This document shows positions 1 to 9,655 of a stretch of DNA of 64,000 bases, one piece after another. The notes beneath the pieces are model-generated. The model saw only the letters and a program-made list of their open reading frames with translations, made no database searches and was not told the DNA's origin. The stretch covers positions 58,643-122,642 of the forward strand of contig JAVEXP010000003.1 of assembly GCA_034003985.1 (NCBI GenBank), given 5' to 3'. Source of the stretch: Patescibacteria group bacterium (lineage in GTDB: Bacteria; Patescibacteriota; Patescibacteriia; Buchananbacterales; UBA6539). How positions within the stretch are numbered: position 1 is the stretch's first letter; every line of letters starts with the position of its first letter. The position numbers and the translations under genes are program-made.

Positions 1-174
1 TTTCTTAGTCAATCGTCGCAAACTGTTATCGTGAACCACAACCGGATGTTTATCTTTAGTAATTCTAATGTCCATTTCCACCATATCAACTCCCAATTCC
101 AAGGCTTTACGAAAAGAGGAAATGGTATTTTCCGGTGCATAAGCCTTAGCGCCCCGATGACCGATTTTTAACAT
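1..174 (-). CDS. Glycerophosphodiester phosphodiesterase (GDPD family), N-terminal part only; gene continues past the left window edge
   Basis: Reverse-strand translation from ATG (revcomp of 172-174) gives MLKIGHRGAKAYAPENTISSFRKALELGVDMVEMDIRITKDKHPVVVHDNSLRRL. This is the canonical GDPD N-terminal HR(G) catalytic motif and the E..D.R divalent-cation motif. Confidence 0.65.
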   Translation of the reverse strand, partial: MLKIGHRGAKAYAPENTISSFRKALELGVDMVEMDIRITKDKHPVVVHDNSLRRLTKK

Positions 175-206
175 AATAATTCAAAGACTCTTTCAATAAT
201 AAACAC

Positions 207-280
207 TGGACAATGCTGGACTCGAACCAGCGACCTTCGCGATGTGAACGCGACGCTCTAACCAACTGAGCTAATTGTCC
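207..280 (-). tRNA. tRNA-Val (anticodon CAC)
   Basis: Revcomp folds as a cloverleaf: acceptor GGACAAT/ATTGTCC, D-arm AGCTCAGTTGGTTAGAGC, anticodon stem TCGCG/CGCGA with loop TTCACAT, T-arm GGTTCGAGTCC, discriminator A. CCA is not encoded. Confidence 0.8.
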
Positions 281-282
281 CT

Positions 283-345
283 GGTCATGACGGGCAGGTG
301 TGAACGCGACGCTCTAACCAACTGAACTGGCAATCGCTGATAACG
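283..345 (-). pseudogene. Degenerate duplicate of the 5' half of tRNA-Val (D-arm plus anticodon arm only, no T-arm)
   Basis: A 26-nt exact repeat gtgaacgcgacgctctaaccaactga occurs at 245-270 and again at 299-324. In the second copy the D-stem is mutated (AGTT instead of GAGC) and no TpsiC arm follows. Confidence 0.5.
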
Positions 346-560
346 GGCCGGGACTAAACTAATTGCCCAAACTTTAAGTAATAACTACGGAAAAAAAATA
401 AAGCGTTGGGTTCACGGTACACCTTCAATATTACGCTAACTTGGTGTATGCCCACAATAAATATGTTATCATTGAGAATATAACACAAAAAATTCAATAA
501 TTCAAGTCAAAAAAATATTGCCAACAGCTTGGTTTTGTGTCACAATAATAGCACCAAACT

Positions 561-1982
561 ATGATAACGCGTCCGGATCCAAATTTCTTGAGCGAGGAAG
601 ATAAAATCATCAAACCTCAGCGGCAAAAACTTAAAATTATCAGTAAAATAGCCATCTATTTACTGATAATTTTTGTTATCCTGTTTATTTTTTTTGGCAT
701 CGGCATGATCAGTTCCGGTGAAAATCTTTCCAAAACTTTGGGCAATGCCAGCTTATGGGGCCAGATCAGACATTTGATTGGCAGCGATGACAAAGCGCTG
801 CAGGGCGAAGATCGCGACCGAATCAACATTTTACTAATGGGCATGGGCGGACTGGAACACGATGGGCCATATCTGACCGATACAATCATGGTCGCCAGCT
901 ACAAACCCTCAACCAATCAAGTAGCAATGATCTCCCTGCCCCGTGACCTACTAGTCCAAATCCCGGGTTTTGGCTGGTATAAAATTAACCACGCCAATGC
1001 CTATGGTGAAATGAAAGAAGCTGGCCAGGGCGGCGAACTGGCTAAACAAGTTGTCAGCCAAACTTTGAATATACCGATTGACTATTATGTCCGAATTGAT
1101 TTTGCCGGCTTTAAACAAATTATTGACGATTTGGGAGGAATTACCGTTGAAGTCGAAAACCTCCTGGATGACGAAAATTACCCGATCCCCGGTCAAGAGA
1201 CGGCCACAACATCCAAACGCTACGAACATCTTTATATTGAGCCAGGGCGGCAACACATGAACGGTGACTTAGCCTTGAAATATGTTCGCAGCCGCCAAGC
1301 CAAAGGAATTGAGGGCTCTGATTTTGCCAGAAGTAAAAGGCAGCAACAAGTCTTAATGGCAGTTAAAAACAAAGGATTGTCATTTACTACCCTTGTTAAT
1401 CCTCACCGGATTGGCAAACTGATGGATACTTTAAGCCAACATCTGGCTACTGATTTTAAAGTTTGGGAAATCATCCGGCTATTCAATCTCGGCAAAGATA
1501 TTGAACCAGAAAATGTCGTCCGACAGGTTTTTGACGACGGGCCCGACGGGGTTCTTTATTCAACCATCCTGGAAAATGGCGCTTATGTCTTAAAACCCAA
1601 GGCCGGCAATTTTTCTGAAATGCAAATGATTGTTAATAACATTTTTGATCCGGATAAAATTGAGGCCCTAACCCCAAAAATGGTCGAAATCCAAAATGGC
1701 ACCAAAATCAGCGGTCTGGCTTTCCAAACTTCCCAATATCTCCAGAGCTTAGGATATCAAGTGGTCAAGATCGGCAATGCCCCAACTCAAGATTACCAAA
1801 AAACCGTTGTTTACAATCTGACGGAAAATCAAAATGACCCTACGGCCCAAACCATTGCTGAATTAATCAAGGCCCAATTGGCGACTGCCCTGCCAAGTTG
1901 GCTGACTGCCACCGACACCAAAGCCGTTGGCGGCCGGACCGAAATTCTGATAATCTTAGGACAGGACCGCAAAGACTTATGA
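561..1982 (+). CDS. LytR-CpsA-Psr (LCP) family cell-envelope phosphotransferase with an N-terminal TM anchor
   Basis: The 473-aa ORF has an N-terminal hydrophobic helix. Its LCP core reads INILLMGMGGLEHDGPYLTDTIMVASY...ISLPRDLLVQIPGFGWYKINHANAYG...YYVRIDFAGFKQIIDDLGGITV. A LytR_C-like C-terminal region follows. Confidence 0.8.
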   Translation: MITRPDPNFLSEEDKIIKPQRQKLKIISKIAIYLLIIFVILFIFFGIGMISSGENLSKTLGNASLWGQIRHLIGSDDKALQGEDRDRINILLMGMGGLEHDGPYLTDTIMVASYKPSTNQVAMISLPRDLLVQIPGFGWYKINHANAYGEMKEAGQGGELAKQVVSQTLNIPIDYYVRIDFAGFKQIIDDLGGITVEVENLLDDENYPIPGQETATTSKRYEHLYIEPGRQHMNGDLALKYVRSRQAKGIEGSDFARSKRQQQVLMAVKNKGLSFTTLVNPHRIGKLMDTLSQHLATDFKVWEIIRLFNLGKDIEPENVVRQVFDDGPDGVLYSTILENGAYVLKPKAGNFSEMQMIVNNIFDPDKIEALTPKMVEIQNGTKISGLAFQTSQYLQSLGYQVVKIGNAPTQDYQKTVVYNLTENQNDPTAQTIAELIKAQLATALPSWLTATDTKAVGGRTEILIILGQDRKDL

Positions 1983-3388
1983 ACCAAAAAATAACCATCA
2001 ATCAAAAATTACCAACGGTGGTAATCGTTGGTCGGATCAATGTCGGCAAATCAACCCTGTTTAACCGATTAACGGAAACCAGCAAGGCAATTATTTCACC
2101 GATTGAGGGCACAACCCGCGACTACAATCTAGGACAAGTGGCCTGGCGCAAAAAAATCTTTAACTTGATCGACAGCGGCGGAGTTAATATTGATATTCTC
2201 CAAAATAGCATCGTCAATCTGATTAACGAAAAACCGCTCCAAAACCTTAAACCAAATATAATTGAACAAGAAATAATCAAACAAACCAAAACTGCGCTAG
2301 CCAAAGCTAATTTAATAATTATGGTCACCGACGGCAAAACCGGCGTATTGCCCGAAGACCGACAGTTGGCGATAACTTTAAAAAAAATGGCCAAGCCGGT
2401 GATTTTGGTGGTCAATAAAATTGATCGGCAATCTCAGGCCGCTAGTACCGCCGAATTTTTCAAACTGGGACTCGGCAAACCTTGGCCGGTATCGGCCGCC
2501 AGCGGCAGCCAAGTCGGCGACTTTTTGGACGAATTGGTAAAACAAATAAAATGGCCGCGGGGACGGCAACCCAATGTTAAGGATCAAACGGCAATAAAAG
2601 TGGCTTTAATCGGCAAACCAAATGTTGGCAAATCATCATTGGTCAATAAAATGTTAGGTGAAGAACGAGTAATTGTTTCACCGCTGGCACAAACCACCAG
2701 AGAACCTCAGGATACCGAAATTATTTTTGACAAACAACACATTATTATAATTGATACGGCCGGACTGAGAAAAAAAACCAAGGTGCACGAAACTTTGGAG
2801 AAAATCGCCACCAAAAAAACTCAAAGGATGATTGAACAAGCCGACATCGTTTTATTGGTGACCGAAGCCAACGAGCCGCTGGCTAAACAAGACGCTTACC
2901 TGGCCGGATTATTGAAAGACCAGGGAGTGGGAGTAATTGTTGTCGCCAACAAATGGGACTTAATTGCGAACAAGACTACCAACACCGACCAACAGGTAAA
3001 AAATTATTACCAGGGTGAATTTGCCTATTTAAGTTTTGCACCATTGATTTTCGTCTCCGCTCAAACCGGCAAAAATGTCGACAAAATTCTGCCGCTGATT
3101 TTGGAAGTAAATCAAGAAAGCACCAAAAAAGTAAGCCCCGAAGATCTGGAAAAATTGACAACCGCGTTAGTTAGACATCACCGCCCGGCCCAAGCCAAAG
3201 GCAACAGCCGACCAAAAATTTATGGCCTGACCCAAAGCGGCGTCAAACCACCGACTTTCACAATTACCGTTGGACCCAGACAAAGCCTCCACTTTTCTTA
3301 TATACGATTCATCGAAAATCAATTGCGCCACAACTTTGGCTTTAAGGGTATTCCTGTTAGAATAAGGACAAGAAGCCTAAAACAATAA
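1979..3388 (+). CDS. der: Ribosome-biogenesis GTPase Der (EngA), two tandem GTPase domains plus a KH-like domain
   Basis: The ATG overlaps the upstream TGA stop (ATGA). Two P-loops are present (GRINVGKSTLFN and GKPNVGKSSLVN), with DTAG and NKxD motifs in each domain. Confidence 0.9.
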   Translation: MNQKITINQKLPTVVIVGRINVGKSTLFNRLTETSKAIISPIEGTTRDYNLGQVAWRKKIFNLIDSGGVNIDILQNSIVNLINEKPLQNLKPNIIEQEIIKQTKTALAKANLIIMVTDGKTGVLPEDRQLAITLKKMAKPVILVVNKIDRQSQAASTAEFFKLGLGKPWPVSAASGSQVGDFLDELVKQIKWPRGRQPNVKDQTAIKVALIGKPNVGKSSLVNKMLGEERVIVSPLAQTTREPQDTEIIFDKQHIIIIDTAGLRKKTKVHETLEKIATKKTQRMIEQADIVLLVTEANEPLAKQDAYLAGLLKDQGVGVIVVANKWDLIANKTTNTDQQVKNYYQGEFAYLSFAPLIFVSAQTGKNVDKILPLILEVNQESTKKVSPEDLEKLTTALVRHHRPAQAKGNSRPKIYGLTQSGVKPPTFTITVGPRQSLHFSYIRFIENQLRHNFGFKGIPVRIRTRSLKQ

Positions 3389-3389
3389 T

Positions 3390-3959
3390 ATGAAGCTGAT
3401 CGCCGGATTGGGAAATCCCGGAACAAAATATGAAAACACCTGGCACAATGTCGGTTTTTTAATGATTGACGAATTACACAAAAATTATGCCGGGGTTGAG
3501 GCTGAATTTAAAAACAGCAAAAAATTCAAATCCTTGGTATACGAATGCAACCAAGTTGAAGATAAAATAATTCTGGCCAAACCTCAAACTTTCATGAATA
3601 ATTCCGGCCAAGCCGTCAGTATTTTAGCCGGCTTTTACAAGATAGCTAAAAATGACTTGTGGGTGATTCACGATGATATTGATTTACCGTTAGGAACAAT
3701 TCGCATTTCCCAAAATGCTTCGGCTGCTGGCCATCGCGGAGTCCAATCAATCATTGATCAACTAAACACTCAGGAATTTGTACGATTTCGAATTGGCATC
3801 AGACCAACAGACCTACGGCAACCGACCGAAGAGTATGTCTTGCAAAATATCAACAAGCAAGGTAAATTGGAAATCGAACAGGCTGCGAAATTACTGCTAG
3901 GAGCAATCGAAATAAGTTTAAGCCAGGGAATTTCGGAAGCCATGAACGAATTTAATTAA
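3390..3959 (+). CDS. pth: Peptidyl-tRNA hydrolase
   Basis: The N-terminus MKLIAGLGNPGTKYENTWHNVGF matches the Pth signature GLGNPG..Y..TRHN.GF. The 189-aa length is typical. Confidence 0.9.
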   Translation: MKLIAGLGNPGTKYENTWHNVGFLMIDELHKNYAGVEAEFKNSKKFKSLVYECNQVEDKIILAKPQTFMNNSGQAVSILAGFYKIAKNDLWVIHDDIDLPLGTIRISQNASAAGHRGVQSIIDQLNTQEFVRFRIGIRPTDLRQPTEEYVLQNINKQGKLEIEQAAKLLLGAIEISLSQGISEAMNEFN

Positions 3960-4011
3960 CTAAAAATTTTAAAAAACATAGCGCCAAACCAAAGGCGTTT
4001 TTTTATTAAAA

Positions 4012-4148
4012 AAGTAGCTTCCAAAAACCTGCATACCAGCGTAAGAGGACTTAATCGAAAAACGATAAGCCGCTTAGCTTGTGGCCTGGACAGATTAGGA
4101 GGGTTAATCTGACCGTGGCCGCTGGTAGACAGGTTTTCAAAAGCTACT
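4012..4148 (+). ncRNA. Candidate structured small RNA or cis-regulatory leader of unknown class
   Basis: Nested long-range complementarity is visible. AGTAGCTT (4012-4019) pairs with AAGCTACT (4141-4148). AAAACCTG pairs with CAGGTTTT, and ACCAGCG pairs with CGCTGGT. Internal hairpins CTTAATCG/CGATAAG and GGACAGATT/AATCTGACC give a three-way junction. No ORF with an RBS is present. Confidence 0.4.
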
Positions 4149-4208
4149 ATCCATATAACAGATATCATACATTAACACAGTTAGTTAAAAAAGTCAAGGA
4201 TAAATAAA

Positions 4209-5312
4209 ATGACTAAATTATCAAAAAATGATGACTTGCCTTATTGGGTTGGCTTTAGTTTGATTAGTAATTTGGGGCCTAAAAATTGGCAACGAATAAT
4301 AAGATATTTTCCCGATTTGAAAACCGCCTGGCAAGCCGAGGTCAAAGAAATAATAAAAGCCGGACTAAACGAAAAACTGGCCAATGAAATTCATTCAAAA
4401 AGATTAGAGATTGAACCCGACCTGGAATGGCAAAAATTAATTGATCAAAAAATTAAGGTAACAACCTGCCTGGATGAGCAATACCCAAAATTATTAAAGG
4501 AAATTTATGACCCTCCTCCCCTCCTTTATTACCGAGGTAATTTTAATTTAAATCAGGATTTTTGTTTGGCAGTTGTCGGCAGCCGCCGGATTGGCAATTA
4601 CGGAAAACAAGTCACCGAGGAATTAGTCGGCCAGTTGAGCCAGCGCGGATTGACTATTGTCTCAGGCCTGGCTTTGGGAGTTGACGCCTGCGCCCATCAA
4701 GCCGCTATCAATAATCACGGCAAAACAGTGGCGGTTTTGGGTTCAGGTCTCCAACGGATTTATCCGGCAAGCAACACAAAACTGGCTGAACAAATAATTA
4801 ATAGGAACGGCGCGATTATTTCGGAATTCCCGTTGGGTACCTTGCCATTAAAATATAACTTCCCCCGGCGCAACCGAATTATTTCCGGCTTAAGCCTAGG
4901 GGTTTTGATTACTCAAGCCAAAGAAAAATCCGGTGCCTTAATTACCGCCGATTACGCTTTGGAACATAACCGCGAAGTCTTTGCGGTGCCGGGAAATATT
5001 TTTCAGGAAGGCAGCTTTGGACCGCACCGTTTAATCAAGGCGGGAGCCAAACTGGTTGAAACAGCTCAAGATATTTTGGAAGTTTTGAATTTAGAAAGTA
5101 TTAAAGAATTAAAAATTGCCAATCAGGTTTTGCCCACCAACTCCACCGAAGAAAAAATAATTGAGATTTTAAAAACCGAACAAATGCACATTGACAAAAT
5201 AGCAAGATACGCTAGACTTGATATCAGTATTATTAATGCCACTTTAAGTGTCATGGAAATGAAAGGTTTGATAAAACATTTGGGCGGCAGTAACTACGCA
5301 AAAACCAGATGA
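4209..5312 (+). CDS. dprA: DNA-processing protein DprA (Smf)
   Basis: The Rossmann-like DprA core reads LAVVGSRRIGNYGKQVTEELVGQLSQRGLTIVSGLALGVDACAHQAAI...TVAVLGSGL..IYPASN. A C-terminal winged-helix-like tail follows. Confidence 0.85.
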   Translation: MTKLSKNDDLPYWVGFSLISNLGPKNWQRIIRYFPDLKTAWQAEVKEIIKAGLNEKLANEIHSKRLEIEPDLEWQKLIDQKIKVTTCLDEQYPKLLKEIYDPPPLLYYRGNFNLNQDFCLAVVGSRRIGNYGKQVTEELVGQLSQRGLTIVSGLALGVDACAHQAAINNHGKTVAVLGSGLQRIYPASNTKLAEQIINRNGAIISEFPLGTLPLKYNFPRRNRIISGLSLGVLITQAKEKSGALITADYALEHNREVFAVPGNIFQEGSFGPHRLIKAGAKLVETAQDILEVLNLESIKELKIANQVLPTNSTEEKIIEILKTEQMHIDKIARYARLDISIINATLSVMEMKGLIKHLGGSNYAKTR

Positions 5313-6097
5313 AAAAAATAACTCAACAAGATAAAATATATCTGCTATTCGCTTTGTTTATCGGAGCGCTATTAAGCGCCAATTTTTTGGGCGCTAAAAT
5401 AACAGCTTTTAGCTTGCCAATAATTCTAGCCTGGCCGCTAAACATTATTTTTTGGCCGCTGATATTTATCATTAATTTGGCAGCCAGTCCATTTGGCAGC
5501 TACTCCCTGTTTGAATCACCGATACTGGCTTATAATTTTTTTGATGTTGTCCATGTGTCAGTGGGAATTTTAACCGTACCAATAATGTTTTTGGTAACCG
5601 ATATTGTTGAAGAGGTTCTGGGCAAAGAAACAGCTAAAAAATTTATCAACGCCGCGTTAATCGTGATGATCTTCACCGTCATAATCACCGCCGTTTCAGT
5701 TTGGCTACCCGCCGACCCCAGTCGCCAATATTTTTCCCAGGAAGCCTACGCCAACATCTTTGCCGTGACTATCAGAATGAGTATTGCCTCAATTATTGCT
5801 TTTATTCTGGCTCAATATCATGATCTTTGGGCCTTCAATTTTTGGAAAGAAAAAACCGGCGGGCGCTGGTTATGGCTGCGCAACAATGCTTCGACCATTG
5901 TTTCCCAGTTGATTGATTCAACCGCTTTCATGTTTATTGCTTTTTACGGCTTAACACCAAAATTCAATATTCTTTATATTATCTCATTAATCATCCCCTA
6001 CTGGATTTTCAAAATTCTCTTTGCATTAATAGACACTCCGTTTGCCTATCTGGGAGTCAGATGGTTGAAGACCGAAAAAAACAATAAACAAAATTAA
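5309..6097 (+). CDS. Queuosine-precursor transporter (YhhQ/Vut_1 family) integral membrane protein
   Basis: The protein has multiple TM helices. FLVTDIVEEVLGKETA and AQYHDLWAFNFWKEKTGGRWLWLRNNASTIVSQLIDSTAFMFIAFYG mirror YhhQ motifs (FLATDLTVRIFG; LDVHVFNRLRQ..WW.APTASTLFGNVSDTLAFFFIAFW). Confidence 0.65.
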   Translation: MKKITQQDKIYLLFALFIGALLSANFLGAKITAFSLPIILAWPLNIIFWPLIFIINLAASPFGSYSLFESPILAYNFFDVVHVSVGILTVPIMFLVTDIVEEVLGKETAKKFINAALIVMIFTVIITAVSVWLPADPSRQYFSQEAYANIFAVTIRMSIASIIAFILAQYHDLWAFNFWKEKTGGRWLWLRNNASTIVSQLIDSTAFMFIAFYGLTPKFNILYIISLIIPYWIFKILFALIDTPFAYLGVRWLKTEKNNKQN

Positions 6098-7390
6098 ATG
6101 AAGGCTAACAACTTTCAAGCTTACTTGGCGGCGGTAAAATATTTGGAATCAATCCAAAATATCGCCCAAGACGATTATTTCATCAAAAAAACCGGGCGCT
6201 CAATTTTTTTAAAACGCATGGGCGCGTTACTAAAAGAGTTAGGCAATCCTCACTTGGGCGTAAATTATATCCATATTGGCGGCACCTCAGGCAAAGGTTC
6301 GGTGGCCAACATGATCCAGTCAATCCTAACTCAAGCCGGATATAAAACCGGCTTATTTACTTCACCTTACCCAACCACTTCAATCGAAAAGATAAAAATT
6401 AACAAGCAGTTAATTAGTCCTGATGAGTTTGCCAAGCTGACGGAAAAAATAAAACCAGCAGTCGACCGGGTTTACCTTAGATCGCCTTATGGCCGACCTT
6501 CCTACTTTGAAATTTTTACGGCCATTGGTTTTTTGTATTTTAAACAACATCATTGCGACTATGTCGTTTTGGAAGTCGGCTTGGGCGGGCGACACGATGC
6601 GACCAACATTATCCCTCAGGCCGATATCACGGTAATCAATCGAATTGGCTACGATCATACTGAAATCCTAGGAAAAACTTTAAGTCAAATTGCCAAAGAA
6701 AAAGCCGCCATCATCAAGCCCCGAACCATTTTTTTTACCACCAATCAAAATAGCCCAAAAGTCCTAAACATTTTTAAAGAAGCTTGCCGAAAAAATCAAG
6801 TACCATTTAATGTGGTAAAAACGCCAACAACACGGTATCAGCTCAAACTTTTGGGAGAACACCAACAAGACAATGCCCAAATTGCCGAGCAGGTCGCCAG
6901 ATATTTGAAAATTGACAATCAAACGATCAGAACCGGTTTAAGCAAGGTAAAAATGTCTTGTCGAACCGAAATTATCCAAACTAAACCGCTGGTAATTTTG
7001 GACGGCGCTCACAATCAATCAAAAATTAAAACCACTTTACAAATTATTGATAATTTGACATACCAAAAACTTTATCTTATTATTGCCTTAACCAATGAAC
7101 GAAACGCTACGGAAATTTTCAAAGAAATCAGCACCAAGGCTGATCAAATAATAATTACCCGCCATTTATCGCCAAGTCGTCGATGCTACCCGCCAAAAAA
7201 AATAGCGGCGAAGTTGAAAAGTAAAAAGCCGATTATGATATTTCTGGATCCGTTTCAAGCACTCAAACAAGCTTTAAATCAAGCGAACAAAAATGATTTA
7301 ATCTTGGTAACCGGATCATTTTATTTGGCAGGGCTGCTGCGCCAACATTGGCGAGATGAATCTAAAATATTAACTGAACGAAAAATATAA
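6098..7390 (+). CDS. folC: Folylpolyglutamate synthase / dihydrofolate synthase (Mur ligase family)
   Basis: A P-loop-like HIGGTSGKGSVANMIQSIL and the VLEVGLGGRHDATNII Mur-ligase central-domain motif are present. The 430-aa size fits. Confidence 0.8.
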   Translation: MKANNFQAYLAAVKYLESIQNIAQDDYFIKKTGRSIFLKRMGALLKELGNPHLGVNYIHIGGTSGKGSVANMIQSILTQAGYKTGLFTSPYPTTSIEKIKINKQLISPDEFAKLTEKIKPAVDRVYLRSPYGRPSYFEIFTAIGFLYFKQHHCDYVVLEVGLGGRHDATNIIPQADITVINRIGYDHTEILGKTLSQIAKEKAAIIKPRTIFFTTNQNSPKVLNIFKEACRKNQVPFNVVKTPTTRYQLKLLGEHQQDNAQIAEQVARYLKIDNQTIRTGLSKVKMSCRTEIIQTKPLVILDGAHNQSKIKTTLQIIDNLTYQKLYLIIALTNERNATEIFKEISTKADQIIITRHLSPSRRCYPPKKIAAKLKSKKPIMIFLDPFQALKQALNQANKNDLILVTGSFYLAGLLRQHWRDESKILTERKI

Positions 7391-9612
7391 TGAAGGGAAA
7401 AAATTTGGTGATTGTTGAATCACCGACCAAGGCCAAAACTATTTCAAAATTTTTGGGGTCCGAATACAAAATCGAATCCTCTTTTGGTCATATCCGCGAT
7501 CTGCCAAAAAGCAAACTGGGAGTTGATGTTGAACACAACTTTGAACCCCAATATGTCATTCCCACCAAATCGCGCCAGCGAGCCAATGAATTAAAAAAAC
7601 TGGCCGACAAAGCCCAGACGATTTATTTCGCAACTGACGAAGACCGCGAAGGCGAAGCCATCTCCTGGCATTTGGTTAATATTTTTAAGACTCCCCAGGA
7701 TAAAGTTAAAAGAATTGTTTTTCACGAAATTACCGAAGAAGCAATCAAAGAAGCTTTAAAAAATCCGCGGACATTGGATTTGAATTTAGTTGACGCCCAA
7801 CAGGCCAGACGAGTCTTGGACCGGCTGGTCGGCTACCAGCTCTCCCCGTTCTTATGGAAAAAGGTGGCGCGCGGCCTTTCGGCCGGACGGGTTCAATCAG
7901 TGGCAGTCAGACTGATTGTTGAACGCGAACGAGAAATTCAAGCTTTTAAACCAGAAGAATATTGGAGTATTGAAAGTATTTTTGAAGCCCAGGGCACAAA
8001 GTTTGAATCTAAACTCCATAAAATTAAAGATCAGGTTATTGATAAGCTGGAGATCAAAAATCAGGCTCAGGCTGAAAATATTATTAAAGATTTAACAGGC
8101 GCCAAATACCAAATCGAAAAAGTCGAAAAACGCCAAACCAAAAAGCGGCCGCTACCGCCTTTTACCACTTCCACCTTACAACAGGCGGCTAACGCCCGCT
8201 TAGGTTTTTCGGCCAAACAAACGATGATGCTGGCCCAACAATTATATGAAGGTATCGAGCTTGGTTCCGGCGGCGTTGGTTTAATCACCTACATGCGAAC
8301 CGACTCTTTGAATTTGGCCCAAAAATTCCTAGACGAAGCCGGCAATTATATTAAAGATAAATTCGGCAATAATTACCACGACGAACCCAAACGATACAAA
8401 GCCAAATCAAAGTTGGCCCAAGAAGCTCATGAAGCAATCAGGCCAACTCTGGCCGAAAATGCACCGGAAAAAATCAAACCACATTTAAATGAAAGGCAGT
8501 TCAAGCTGTATCAGTTGATTTGGCAGCGAGCCATTGCCAGCCAAATGGCTGACGCGATCACCGACAACACCACTGTTGACATCAAAGCGGCCGATACGGT
8601 TTACACTTTCCGCAGCACCGGTTCGGTTATAAAATTTGACGGCTTTTTGAAAGTTTACCCAACCAACACCAAAGAAAATATTTTGCCCGATGTTGAAGAA
8701 AAAGATCAAGTCAATTTGGTTGAGCTTAAGCCGGAACAGCATTTCACCCAACCACCGGCCAGATATTCGGAAGCCACGCTGGTCAAAGCTTTGGAAGAAT
8801 ACGGCATTGGCCGACCGTCAACTTACGCGCCGACCATTTCCACCGTCCAAGATCGAGGGTATGTTGAAAAAGAAGACAAGCGCCTTAAACCAACCGACAT
8901 TGCTTATTTGGTAAACGATTTGCTGGTTGAACACTTCCCCGAAATTGTCGACTATAAATTCACAGCCAATATGGAGGATGACTTGGACGAAATTGCCGAG
9001 GGTAAAAAGAAATGGCAGCCGATTATCCACGAATTCTGGGGGCCGTTTAAAACCAACTTGGACAAAAAAGAATTGGAATTAGACAAAAAGAAATTGACCG
9101 AAGAAAAAACCGATGAAGTTTGCGAGAAATGCGGTAAACCAATGGTAATTAAAATTGGACGGTATGGAAAATTCTTAGCTTGCACCGGCTATCCGGACTG
9201 TAAAAATACCAAGCAGCTTGGCGGCGAAGGCAATGAACCACAAACTCCAGAAGTAACCGGCGAGACCTGCCCGGACTGCGGCAAGCCGTTAGTCAAACGC
9301 CGTGGACGCTTTGGCGAGTTTGTCGGCTGCAGCGGTTATCCTGATTGTAAATATATTAAAAAAGAAGCAGCTCAAACTTTTGGCACTTGCCCGAAATGCG
9401 GCAAAGGTAAAATTGTTGGCAAACGCAGCCGCCGCGGATTTTTCTATGCTTGCGACCAGTACCCGGAATGTAAAAATGCCTTATGGGGCAAGCCACACAT
9501 TAAAGAAGGAAAAACTGAACCAGAGACTTGCCCGGACTGCGGCGCAATTTTAGTGGAAGGCGGCAAAGACGCAATTAAATGTAGCAATAAAGATTGCAGC
9601 TATAAAGAATAA
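7390..9612 (+). CDS. topA: DNA topoisomerase I with multiple C-terminal C4 zinc ribbons
   Basis: A Toprim N-terminus (VIVESPTKAKTI) and the active-site region ITYMRTDS are present. There are four or five C-terminal CxxC..CxxC zinc-ribbon repeats (CEKCGKPM..CTGYPDCKN, CPDCGKPL..CSGYPDCKY, CPKCGKGK..CDQYPECKN, CPDCGAIL). Confidence 0.9.
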   Translation: MKGKNLVIVESPTKAKTISKFLGSEYKIESSFGHIRDLPKSKLGVDVEHNFEPQYVIPTKSRQRANELKKLADKAQTIYFATDEDREGEAISWHLVNIFKTPQDKVKRIVFHEITEEAIKEALKNPRTLDLNLVDAQQARRVLDRLVGYQLSPFLWKKVARGLSAGRVQSVAVRLIVEREREIQAFKPEEYWSIESIFEAQGTKFESKLHKIKDQVIDKLEIKNQAQAENIIKDLTGAKYQIEKVEKRQTKKRPLPPFTTSTLQQAANARLGFSAKQTMMLAQQLYEGIELGSGGVGLITYMRTDSLNLAQKFLDEAGNYIKDKFGNNYHDEPKRYKAKSKLAQEAHEAIRPTLAENAPEKIKPHLNERQFKLYQLIWQRAIASQMADAITDNTTVDIKAADTVYTFRSTGSVIKFDGFLKVYPTNTKENILPDVEEKDQVNLVELKPEQHFTQPPARYSEATLVKALEEYGIGRPSTYAPTISTVQDRGYVEKEDKRLKPTDIAYLVNDLLVEHFPEIVDYKFTANMEDDLDEIAEGKKKWQPIIHEFWGPFKTNLDKKELELDKKKLTEEKTDEVCEKCGKPMVIKIGRYGKFLACTGYPDCKNTKQLGGEGNEPQTPEVTGETCPDCGKPLVKRRGRFGEFVGCSGYPDCKYIKKEAAQTFGTCPKCGKGKIVGKRSRRGFFYACDQYPECKNALWGKPHIKEGKTEPETCPDCGAILVEGGKDAIKCSNKDCSYKE

Positions 9613-9626
9613 AAATCAGCTAAACA

Positions 9627-9655
9627 AAAAATCCCGCGACAGCGGGATTTTTTGT
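9627..9655 (+). terminator. Rho-independent terminator of topA
   Basis: Stem ATCCCGC, loop GACA, stem GCGGGAT, followed by a TTTTTT run. Confidence 0.7.

Noticed and set aside
283-356. Second functional tRNA upstream of tRNA-Val
   Set aside because: The D-stem cannot pair (AGTT versus GAGC), there is no TpsiC arm, and no acceptor stem exists. Only the D-loop/anticodon segment is conserved.
4012-4148. Identifying the pth-dprA intergenic RNA as SRP (4.5S) RNA or 6S RNA
   Set aside because: There is no domain-IV GGAA tetraloop or AGCAG internal-loop signature, and it is not a single extended hairpin. The length and shape are wrong for 6S. Left as an unclassified candidate.
3956-4168. 70-aa minus-strand ORF overlapping the candidate ncRNA
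   Set aside because: No RBS and a low-complexity hydrophobic product. The span is better explained by the nested helices of a structured RNA or by noncoding DNA.
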